NCBI RefSeq assembly: GCF_009914755.1
Contig: NC_060938.1
Direction: 5' to 3' (one strand)
DNA from: the human T2T-CHM13v2.0 reference genome, Homo sapiens
Length of the DNA stretch: 64,000 bases
The translations under genes and the position numbers were made by a program. Shown here in pieces: positions 1 to 13,489 of the stretch; positions within the stretch are counted from its first letter, which is position 1; each line of letters opens with the position of its first letter. The notes beneath the pieces were generated by a model that made no database searches, was not told the origin of the DNA, and was given only the letters and a program-made list of their open reading frames with translations.

Positions 1-226
1 GCGTGAGCCACCGCGCCCAGCCCCAAGCATTTCTGATAAGGGATGCTCAACCTATAGTATAAAAAAAGAAGTGTAAGTTATCTCATTTTATATTTTTAAA
101 TGAGATAAAAGATATCTCATTTTTTATATTGATTGCATGCTAAAATGATTTTGCTATTTGTGGGTTAAATAAAGTACATATTTATTAACTCAATAAATGA
201 ATGTGTAATTAAATGTTACTAAATAA

Positions 227-667
<441 letters not shown>

Positions 668-964
668 TAGAGTCTGAGTGTTTAACATTGCTGCCTTAAA
701 TATGTAATAAAATATACAGTCATTAAATATCATATTTTAATATAATATGTAATTAATATAAAAATGTTAGTGATATAATGTTGTAAGGAAAAAACTGGAA
801 TACAAAACTATATGATTTTTTATACATAGAGAACAGTCTGGAGGGATAACCAGCCACTGGGCAGTAGTGGTTACTTCCAGGGAGTTTTAGGGAGAGCCAA
901 GCAGAGTGTGAAGGATGATTTTTATCTTTTTATTCTAGGTGTTTTTTTATTATTTAAAAATTTT

Positions 965-1563
<599 letters not shown>

Positions 1564-1699
1564 TCCTCCTCAAACTAGATACAGTATGATCCCGGTTTTA
1601 TGTAAGAGAGAAAGAGAGAGAGAGACTATATCCCTATTTATATCCAAACAAAGCAAAAAAAAAAAAAAAGACTGTACAGAAAGCAACTAAATGATAGAC

Positions 1700-1999
<300 letters not shown>

Positions 2000-2096
2000 G
2001 TGATAGGCTTTTCTTCTTTTATCAGCACTGCATGTTCCGAATGTTTTACAGGACTTTTATAATTAGAAAAAAGGAACATTAAAAACAAAAAACATG

Positions 2097-2252
2097 GGGG
2101 GAGCGGGGAGGGATAGCATTAGGAGATATACCTAATGCTAAATGACGAGTTCATGGGTGCAGCACACCAACATGGCACATGTATACATATGTAACAAACC
2201 TGCACGTTGTGCACATGTACCCTAAAACTTAAAGTATAATAATAATAAAATT
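2097..2252 (+). mobile_element. Short 3' end of a young L1PA (PA2/PA3-like) in the RDH12 last intron
   Basis: gggagggatagcattaggagatatacctaatg...cctaaaacttaaagtataataa; flanks aaaaacaaaaaacatg resemble a TSD. Confidence 0.9.
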
Positions 2253-2780
2253 AAAAAAACAAAAAAAAACATGATGAGAACTGTGTTCTGCTCCCACCCC
2301 CTATCCCTCTAGTCCTCAGGGCCCCTGCTCATTCCAAAGCAAATCTGGAGGGCTTGGTCTGGGGTTCATGGTATGCAAGTGCATCTGTCCCCAGAATTCA
2401 AGAGGCCTGTGAACTTGGATGGGAAAATAACTTCATCTTTAATTTAACCTCCAACTGAGATTTGGCATTTTCTTCAATTACGAATGTAGGCACTGAACTG
2501 TAGTAGTAGTAGTGATACCTGTGACTTTGTCACCAATAGAATTATAAATATTTTTATATCACATTGCAGTTGTTGCAGATATCCTAGAATGTCACTTCTG
2601 CTCCCCACTACTTTGAAATCCTTTGATTATTAGACCTGGTACTAGATCTTGTTATAGAATATATTAATAAATAAGCCTGTGTATTACTATATCACAAATT
2701 TGTTTTTAAAATATTTTTGGAGTGCATTTTGTATAATTAGTTTCTTTGAGTCTGGCATATATTGTATTTTATTCATTTAG

Positions 2781-2966
<186 letters not shown>

Positions 2967-3547
2967 CTGGTGGAAGAGCTGCAGCTTTATCAGGCCCAAT
3001 CCATGCCATAATGAACAGGGACCAAGGAGAAGGCCAACCCTAAAGGATTGTCCTCTTGGCCAGCTGGTGCTGCGAATCCTGCCTGCTCTGATCCTCTTGA
3101 CCCTTCTGGGAATGTTTGCACACCTGACACTCTTGTGAGACTGGCTTATGGCATGAGTTGTGGACACCTATAGAGTGTTCTTCTCTAAGACCTGGAAAGT
3201 CAGCAACCCTCTGGGGGCAGCAGGACTGGGCAGATCCCAGGCTGGGCATGGGGGTGGCAGAAGAGCCCGAGAAATTGGGTCAGTTCCCTCATCAGCACCA
3301 GAGGCTCAGCTGAGGCAAGAAGAGCACCATCACTGCCTATTTCTAGGGGCTATACACTCCAACTCTTGGTTGATCTCTTTCTTTTTAAAAATATTTGCCA
3401 CCACCCTGGAGTCTAGACCAACACACAAAGATCCTGGCTAACCCTGGCCTATTTAGATTCCTTCCTCTCACCTGGACCTTCCCATTTCAATCATGCAGAT
3501 GGTTTCTTTTTGTAAAGAGTTCCGTTTGCCTTTCAATTTTTAGAGAA

Positions 3548-3553
3548 AATAAA
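3548..3553 (+). terminator. RDH12: RDH12 polyadenylation signal AATAAA (3' UTR ~2967-3570)
   Basis: First AATAAA after the stop codon, followed by a T/GT-rich element (ttgtcttatttattttt). Confidence 0.85.
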
Positions 3554-4312
3554 GACTGCATTCATCTCATTGTCTTATTTATTTTCTCAGGGCAGCAAGG
3601 GAGAGAAATGGAACAAATCAGGAAACCAGCCTGCTAGTTTAGTGAGTAGCATTTCACCCTACCCAGCCACGGGAATTGGGAATAGCAAGGGAGCAGGCCT
3701 AGGCCTAGAACTCAGGGCAAAGACAGCAGCTGGAATGTAAGATCCTCAGAGTGTGTAGCTGCTGGGAGGAATCCATCTGAGTTAGGCAGACAGAGAAAAA
3801 GCAGTTTCAGTGAGAATCTGGCACCCAAAAGGAAAGGATTTTACTCCCCCATGGCCTAACTGCCTTAGGAAATTTGAGTGCTGACGGAGACACTCTTCCC
3901 CTTGAGTTTTAGGAAAGGGGTGCTATTCTCTGCGTTATCCCCATCTCCTTCCTTCCTGAAGGAGGCTCCACTTGCAGAATGCATCATTTCCTGCCGCCCT
4001 CAGCAAGGATCACAGCTTGGCCAGCTCACAGTGGTACAGGGCTGGGAGTGGATACTCCTAACTGCAATGCTGTACTGCCTCTCATTTAAAGACATTTTGT
4101 TAAATATCTGGCTAGAGAAAATATTTTAAATCTGAAAGTTTCCATCATATCCCAGATTATTAGATGCACTTACAACCAACAGCAAATGACACCAAATATC
4201 GGGAAGCTGAGCAGCAAAGAATGCAAAAGAAAACAATGATAGGCATGGGTGTTGATTCGACATGTTGTTGGCATTTTCAGAATATTAAGCCACAGTCGTT
4301 CCCCTTGTTCAG

Positions 4313-4447
4313 ATTCCAGACTCCATCATTTCTCGTGGTGTTCAGGTGCTCCCACGAGACACAGCCTCCCTCAGCACTACTCCTTCAGAATCGCCTCGTG
4401 CTCAGGCTACATCTCACCTCTCTGTAGTGTCTCGCCCGACACCAAAA
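4313..4447 (+). pseudogene. GPHN: Orphan copy of one gephyrin (GPHN) linker exon (residues ~244-288, P1 numbering)
   Basis: Translates to [45 protein letters not shown] vs recalled gephyrin [45 protein letters not shown] (41/45). Preceded by ccccttgttcag acceptor; no GT donor after it. Confidence 0.9.
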
Positions 4448-6196
4448 GGACCATCTAGTCTGCTCAGCCTGGGCAAGGAACATGTGCCAGTCTTGGCCTC
4501 TTGTCATGTTTCCAGAAAAGACTTGCCGCAAGTTAACATCTGAGCAAGTGAAAGGCCTTGGCTCTGCACAAACAATGCCGGGGGATTGGTGGCCGAGACA
4601 CCGTTCGACCTTCCCATCTTGGCTCCCTGAAATCCCCTGCAACCTTCGGGGCTGTTTTTCCGCTATTGACTTGTGCTTGGATATGGATATGGCTTCCTGC
4701 CTTGGCAGAGTGCCCCTCAACATACAGGAAACAAGATCCTGGATGAGAAGGGCTCAGGGATTTCAGTTGTTCCAGACTTCCCTCCTAGGTGCTTCTCTAA
4801 CTGCCCCAGTTCCACTGCCTTCACTATTCCTGGCTTCTCTTAGCCTCTGACACCCTTAGCTAATCTAGCCTGGGGTGGAAAATCTTTTTCTTTTGGCTCA
4901 GCTGAGACTGTCCTAATTTCCTAAAAATAACACTTCAATGGGAAACTAAAGGAAAAGGAAATCAAAGAGACATATGAAACTCAAGAAACAAACAGTTTCA
5001 GAGCACCGATTTCCTAGGTGGTGACTAGCTGCCACAGATTACCTTGGGTGGCACTTGGCCCTTGTCCAACTCAACTTCGTATACAATGTTGCCATGCGTC
5101 CCAAGCTCAGGAGGATATACCTTGTGTATTTGGTCTCTTTTAGTTATAAGATGGACACTCAGTTTGAGCAAGCTTAAGTCCCAAACCATGCAATATTTTG
5201 CTCATAAACTCAAGGAAGGGTTGAAACTGGAAAGTGGGAATGGGCAGAGATGTATCTTAGAAATAACTAGAACTCAAGCGCCAAGCAACACCAGACTCCT
5301 CTCCCTCTACCATTGAAGAGTTCCTGCAGCCATTTCCTATTTTTAGAATTTAAAAAATTCCAGGTTTGGCTTGGGTCAAATGCTCACTGTGAAGCATTCA
5401 ACTGTAGTTGGGTATTGGGTATTGAAACGTCTCTTCTACGGCTATCATATTCTCATATATGCTATTTTGATATCGCTATCATATTTTCATATTGTAGAAG
5501 AGGCATTTCAAATCAGTCAGAAAAACATAGACAATGTCATAAGTGGTGCTGGACAAATAACTATCCAAATGAAACATAAAGTTAGATTCTTTGCCTCACA
5601 CCATGCATACAAATGAGTACTATGTGGACTAAAAGGCAAAAAAAGTTGTGAAAATATTAGAAAAAAATATAGAAGAATATCTTTATGCCCTTGGAAGAGG
5701 GATAGCATTCTTAAGACATGAAAAGCAAAAAGCATATGGGAAAAGAGGAATACATCCAAAAAGCATACCTCAAACAAAGTTCAAAGTCAAGTGATAATGG
5801 TGAACATATTTGAAATTGTTTTACGTTATGTATTCTAGAAAACGGACTTCGAGATACAGACATTTGCACACAGCAAATTTATTAGGAGGACTGTTAGGAT
5901 TGGTATCTATAGGGGAGTGAGAGAAGCGGGACAGGGCAGAGGGTGAAGTTGATCTGCGATGCAGTCACACTAAAGGGTTAGGTGATCCTGTTCCACAGAG
6001 AGCTCTGGAGCTGAGCTGTCTTGAATTGAGGAAAGGAGGTTGGTCTTTAAACACCCGCAGTGACCAGTAATTGGGTGTGGGCAGCTTCCAGGGAGGGGGC
6101 ATGACCTGGGTGAGGGCAAGTTCTAGATAAAAACTCAGCTGAGAGTTGGCAGCTGTGTACATTTCCAGCATCTGGGAGAATAAGTGCTTCATTTCT

Positions 6197-6344
6197 TTTT
6201 CTTTTCTTTTTTTTTTTTTTTTTTCGGTAGAGACAAGGTCTCTCTCTGTTGCCCATGCTGGCCTTGAATTCCTGGGCTCAAGCAATCTTCCTGTCTTGGC
6301 GTATCAAAGTGCTGGGATTACAAGCATGAGCCACTATGCCTAGC
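6197..6344 (-). mobile_element. Alu monomer (FLAM-like) with TSD tgcttcatttct
   Basis: TSD at 6185-6196 and 6349-6360. Confidence 0.85.
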
Positions 6345-6369
6345 TGTATGCTTCATTTCTAAAGGGAGT

Positions 6370-6732
6370 ATATTAGTCCATTCTCACACTGCTATAAAGA
6401 TCCTACCCAAGACCGGGTAATTTATAAAGAAAAGAGGTTTAATTGGCTCATACTTCCACATGGCCGGGGAGGCCTCAGGAAACTTACAATCATGGTGGAA
6501 GGTGAAAGGGAAGCAAGGCACATCTTCATAAGGTGGCAGGAGAGAGAGAGAGTGCAGGGGAAACTGCCACTTTTAAAACCATCAGGTCTCATGAGAACTC
6601 TCTCACTATCACGAGAAGACAATGGGGGAAACCACCCTCATGATTCAGTCAACTCCCACCAGGTCCCTCCCTCAACACATGGGGATTACAATTTGAGATG
6701 AGATTTGGGTGGGGACACAGAACCAAACCATA
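6370..6732 (-). mobile_element. MaLR solo LTR (MSTA-like)
   Basis: tattagtccattctcacactgctataaag...ggggacacagaaccaaaccata, typical MST/THE1 LTR termini. Confidence 0.88.
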
Positions 6733-7424
6733 GGAGGGAATCTGGGTGGTGCAACACAGCATCTGCTGCAGATGTATATGTATATATGACCTATCTTATA
6801 TTTACATAGATAATATGTATCACACAAAAGAGCAGTACCCATATTTTTATTCATTTTTCTTTCGACTTGGGGTCTCGCTTTATTGCCCAGGCTGATCTCA
6901 AACTCCTGGACTCAAGTGATCCTCCCACCTTGGCCTCCCAAAGTGCTGGGCTTACAGGTGTGAGTCACCACTCTCAACTTATTATCATATAAAGAACTTC
7001 TACTTCTCAATAAGAACAAGACACAGAACCCAACAGAGAACTTTGCAAAAGTTATAAATAGGAAATTTTCAGAAGAAACGCAAATGGCCAATGTACCTAA
7101 GTCAAGATATTTAACCTGACCAGTGATCAGAGAACTGCAAATTAAAACAAGATGCCATTATACCATTTTAAACCATCACATTGTCAAAAATTTGAAAGCT
7201 TAGCAAATATTGGCAAAAATATAGAAAAATAGATATTTTTATACACTGCTGCTATGAGTGGAAGAAATGGTGGAGACATTTCTACCAGCAATTCAGCTTC
7301 TTAATATCTGCAGTAACATTAGCCTATGTATGTAAAGAGGAGGCATTGTTCATATTAGCAAAAAAATGGAAATAGCCTAAAAGTCCATCAGTTGGCGAAA
7401 AACTAATCTGTGGTATGATTATAC

Positions 7425-7570
7425 AATCTGACATGATTATATAATAATTATATACTAATATACTTATATATACTAATATACTTATAAATATATACTTATA
7501 AAATATATACTTATAGAAATATACTTATATACTTATAAATAATTATATACTAATCTCTGTATGATTATAT
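7425..7570. repeat. AT-rich degenerate minisatellite (tatacttataaa-like units)
   Basis: Multiple imperfect tatacttata/tatactaata units. Confidence 0.8.
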
Positions 7571-7894
7571 GATGAAATAATTATTTTGGAGTAGTTATTC
7601 CAAAAATCATTATATTAAAAAAATAATTATACACATATATACTTGGATAAATCATACTGAATTTCAGAATGATGTGTTCTGTGTAGTAAGACTTATATTT
7701 TGAAATTACACACATGTAATATATATTTTCTATGAGTACATATATAGGTATGTAAAAGCACAGAAAAAGATATAAAACAATATAATGAATGTGTAAGAGA
7801 GGTTATCCTGGGGAAGGATTAATGGGAAATGATTTTTCAATTTTTTAAAAGCAGAATATTCTTATATCTTACTTGAAAATTAAACATTAATAAC

Positions 7895-8555
7895 TTCAGC
7901 AGACACTGTTAGCTGTCACCCAGTAGTCATTCCCTATTCTGACTTTGTTCCAGTGTCTACCTCTGCTTTCTGTGAATGATTAACTGATCGCAGTTGTTCT
8001 CAACTCTGGCTGTGTATTTTTAAATATTTAAGATGCCAAAGTCCAGGCCTCCCCACAGAGATCCATATTCAATTGTTCTCGCCTTGGGAAAATGTTTTTG
8101 AAAGCAACCCAGGTGATTCTGATGGGCTGCCAGGGCTGTGAACCACTGGCCCAAGGCAACCGTGCGGATCACATTTTTTTGCAAGTGACGGTGATGGAAA
8201 AGTCACGTGGCTCAATCATGGCCGGTGGGATGTGGAAGGAGCCTCTTTGGTAGCTTCTAGGAAAGGCTTCCTCATTGGTTAAAACATGAGGCACAGGAAG
8301 AAATTTTCTGTCTTGTGTTGGATGCTGTCATGGCTAAACATGACACCTGAATCTGCCACAATCATCTTGAGACCATGAGTGAAGCTGGCTGGCCCAAAAA
8401 CTAGCGCACATGCCGAGGGTGGTGAAAGGAAAGATAGAGAGAATCTGGGTTGCTGATGACGTGGTGGTGAGTCACTGAATTAACCAAGACTGGAGCTGTG
8501 CTCCCTTGGGACTTCTTGTTACACAACATAATAAATTGACCTTATTAAGTCTGTG
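7895..8555. mobile_element. Old ERVL LTR (LTR16-like) with a MER5-type DNA transposon at ~7990-8148
   Basis: MER5 ends cagttgttctcaa / aaccactg; LTR16-like motifs catcttgagaccatgag, ggacttcttgtta. Confidence 0.55.
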
Positions 8556-9744
8556 TCCTACTGATGCTATCGTATTATGTTGAACCCTATAAAGTTGCTG
8601 ACATTCTACCATTTTTAACCTACTTTTTAATTTTTTTTTTTACTTTTTTTTCTTACCATTACTGCTAGTCCAAGGCAGATATCTTCCTGACCTACTTTTA
8701 TCACCCTCAATTTCCTCATCTGCCAAGTGAATATTTGACAACTTTTTCATTACATTTTTCTCCACCCCCAAGTTCTGTCATCTTCCATTGATTTCTGAAT
8801 ATGACAGATATCCATGGAGAAAACTGACCTAATATCCTAGCACAGAGAATCCTAATAGTCCTGGCACACCCTTACAGGTGTTCACCCAAGTTTTAATCTA
8901 TATGTACAATCTATTTTTTCTACATATGGATATATAATCTATATTAGCCAAAATGATCAGCTAAGAAAATCTCAAGAGAGGAGGTACAACTTGCTCTGAT
9001 AGGAGGAGATTAATTATTGTAACAAACAATGTTAACTTTAGTGGTACAATATAATAAAAGTTTATTTCTCGCTCATGTCACATTCCACTGCAGGAATGGG
9101 GGTGGGAGGGTGGTTCTGCTCCCCATGGCCAAGAAAAAAATCAATGGTTCCATTATTTCCCAGGACCTCAGTGTTCTCTATTGGATCCCCTGTATCCAGC
9201 TGCCAGATGATGCAAAAGAGTGCATCCAACTATATCCAGCTATTCCATTTCTGGGCCAGGGATGTACAGTAATAAAAGCCCACAAAATTTGTTTTTCCTG
9301 TTTTCATCTTAATAAAATCACTATGTTGTTATAGTCATCTAATAATTTATGTTCCAATGACAGCAGTTACTTAAAGGATTAAACCAATATAATTGTATTG
9401 AAAGTATACACAATTTAATATATTCTCATAAAAATGGAAATCAAAGAAATGCAAAAAAAATTATTTAAAAAATGTTTTAGATTATTTTTCTTTTAAAATA
9501 TTTAAATTATCTATTATAATTAAAAGACAAATTATAATTTTGAGTATCAACATTTTAAATCCAAATTATTTAAATAATGTGGAATATTTTTATTTTTTGA
9601 AAATTTAGTTAATTTTATGATTTTTGTAAAATAAAACAATTCACAATTCTGAAGTTCATTGTCCATTTAGTTGCTAATGTAAACAATGGATATCATACTT
9701 CATGCATGTTTCCTTTACACCTATACACCTACCAGTTTAAAAGT

Positions 9745-10037
9745 GCCAGGCACTGTGGCTCATGCCTGTAATCCCAGCACTTTGGGAGGCCAAGGCGGGT
9801 GGATCACGAGATCAGGAGTTCGAGACCAGCCTGGCCAAGATGGTGAAACCCCTATCTCTACTAAAAATAAAAAAATTAGCCGGGCGCAGTGGCAGGCGCC
9901 TGTAATCCCAGCTACTCAGGAGACTGAGGCAGGAGAATCATTTGAACCTAGCGGGGCAGAAGTTGCAGTGAGCCGAGATCACACCACTGCACTCCAGCTT
10001 GGGTGACAGAGTAAGACTCTGTCTCAAAAAAAAAAAA
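9745..10037 (+). mobile_element. AluS (Sg-like)
   Basis: Full dimer with A-tail. Confidence 0.94.
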
Positions 10038-11239
10038 GTAATATGAATTGTTTAATATTGCAAATTTTTAAAGACTCCATAGACAAATGTTGCAAACACA
10101 CATTGGAATATGAAGAAGGACAAGAATATAGACCCTCGACTACTGAAAATGATACCCGTTTTAATGCAAGTATTTATTATACTCATGCTGGGGAAGAATT
10201 TGACAAGTTAATGAATTTGTCTTTTCTCTTCCCCAACTGCTTCTTTTATTCCAATCCTCCCTATGCTCAGAAGCAGAAGCATAATCTGCACACCTTCAAA
10301 GCCTTTGAATGCAGTTAAGTAGAGTTTTCCTGGCACCTAAACAGTGTTAATCATGAGAGTAAATGTTTAGGGTATCAGGTTATGTTATGTCAGCACTGAG
10401 TTCCAGAGCCTTATGTATTTGTAAATACACTTATTATTTTCTTGTGCATTCTGGTGAAATATAAGGCTTTTAAAGTGGCTGGCCAAGGGAAGGAGCCCTT
10501 CTTGCCTGGGTCTAAGGGCAATACTATTCATGTAGTTCATATTCATGTAGTTCATATTCATGTAGTCCTCACATGTCCACTGGGGGCCTAACCCTAGGAA
10601 TTCTCAGAGAAGAGGGACCTTTGATGTGCCAGATAGAAATATGGTAGATGCCAGGCCCTAACTAGCATCTACCATAGACGTTTAATGTCAATCTGGCATA
10701 AAAGATCAAGTGTTTATTGAACATATGAGAATTCTGCCTTATAAAGTATTTGAGAAAGTGTGATTAAACAGTAAATAACTCACCTCAAATAACAACATGG
10801 TACTGAAGGAAGACCAAGTGAATGGTGTGATAACTGTAATACACATGGGTTGCCCAAAGCACTACTATTTGAAAACGTGACACATATTCACTCAGACTCA
10901 GTTCCCTGACCTTCTCCTAATCACTGACTCCTAATCACTGCCTTCTACTCTTCTTCAGTCCTCAATTCCCATGACAAAGACTACACCTCCATCACATGAA
11001 CTTTCTGCTCTCCAGATAACTTTTAACATCCTACTCTAGCCACAACCTCCTACTCCTCCAACTTTCTTCCTTGCTGATTCACTTGCCCCATTATCATCCC
11101 TGTCTAGTGAAGAACAAGCGCCCACGGAGCGGTCCATCTCTCTGATTTCTATATACCAAGAGTATGGCTGGAGAAAATCACTCAGTCTCACAGATTGGAG
11201 CTTCCATGAATCACTGGTCACCAACATCAACTGGGGTTT

Positions 11240-11548
11240 CCATTATGCTAAATAAACCAGACACAAAAGGACAAATACTGTATGATTCCACTTGCCTGAG
11301 GTACCTAGAGTAGTCACATTCACAGACAAAAAGTATAGTAGAGGTTACCAGGGACTGTGAGGAGGGGTAAATGGGGAATTAGTGTTCAATGGGTGCAGAG
11401 TTTCAGTTGGAGGATGAAAAAGTTCTGGAGATGGATGTTGGTGATGGTTGCACAACAATGCAAATGTACTTAATGCCACTGAAGTGTACACTTAAAAATG
11501 GTTAAAATGTTAAATTTTATGTCATGTATATTTTAGCATAATAAAAAA
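11240..11548 (+). mobile_element. L1MB-type 3' end
   Basis: ccagacacaaaaggacaaatactgtatgattccact...gtacacttaaaaatggttaaaatg. Confidence 0.85.
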
Positions 11549-11854
11549 TCTTTCAAGTCTTTCAAGGATCCTAGGCTCTGTATCTGCTTAGATTCTCCAT
11601 ACCTCAATATTATAGAGAAGTCCTTTGATTCTTCTAGAATTATTATTTGTTCATATGGAGTTGGTAGAAGGTGCAACTCTAGGATGAATGTTTGAGATGA
11701 AGAGTCTTCTGCAACAGTCAGGGGAGGAGGTGATAATGATCTGAACTACAGTGATGAAGTGGAAGGGACAGGTTCTTCTGGCTGGGAAGGTAGGATGATA
11801 GGATTTGGCTTTGGACATAGCTTGGACATAGCTTGATGCATGGCAGGTACTTGA

Positions 11855-12292
<438 letters not shown>

Positions 12293-12329
12293 TAGTAATA
12301 ACAACACTCCTTAATACTATATATTAACA

Positions 12330-12673
<344 letters not shown>

Positions 12674-13489
12674 CTATATATTCACTGAAGAAGGAAGTTC
12701 AGGTTTGTGGGTAGAATTGAATGCATTCCATTTTGGACATGCTAATATTTTTAGGTGCATGTCAGCCTTGGGGTGAGTTCCAGGAGGTAGTCAAAAGGCA
12801 GATCTGGTGTGGGAAAGAGTTAAGGGGGGCAGTCAAGATGACTGCTGAAGCTAAGGGATTGTATGGGAGAGTATGAGTGTCAAGAGGGAATAGCTAGAAC
12901 CTTGAGGAATTTGTCTTTAAGTGGGATGAAGAGAAAGCATAGGCAGAGAAGTGAATAATCTGTACAGGAGATGGCACTCGATGCAGGACTGAGGGAAGAG
13001 GTTTGACAATGGTAGACTTGAGGGTAGGGTAGAGGAGGTGCTGAAGGAAGGGCTCCAAGAAGAAATAACAACATGCAGAATTAGCGAGCAGGAAAGCATT
13101 CCACCAAAGAAGCCATTCAGTGACCAGACATCGAATGAATTTGTTGTGGAAGAACTAAACATTTCAAGGATAGGTCAGTCAACATTATCACTGTGGAATA
13201 AGAGATGAAGGCCAGGAAAAGGCCATTTCCTCTGGGGTTACTGTGGCTATCGATATTTGGTTGCTTGGGTATTCAAAGAGTCTAATAGCCTTTGATCTAC
13301 TTTGCTTAAGCTCCAGCCAAAGATATCTGGTAACCTTGGAGTGTCTCAGGTTTCTAAATATAGCAGTCATCTATCCTAGGTTTAGAGTGGGTGTTCCAAC
13401 TTTCTCTGTTGTGACATATCTTTGTGCTACGTCTACTACCAGGTGGTTTTCAGGTCTACTTTAATCATTACTGTTGTTTGTTTTTAGAT

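Larger units (their letters stand above)
5815..6770. mobile_element. Old ERVL LTR (LTR33-like) interrupted by an Alu monomer and an MST LTR
   Basis: Motifs ctgcgatgcagtc, gaccagtaattgg, gctgagagttggcagc, atctgggtggtgcaacacagcatc; continuity across both inserts. Confidence 0.65.

Noticed and set aside
4385-4850. Overlapping 112-aa (-) and 122-aa (+) ORFs near the GPHN copy
   Set aside because: No recognisable protein similarity; only the frame starting at 4313 matches a known protein
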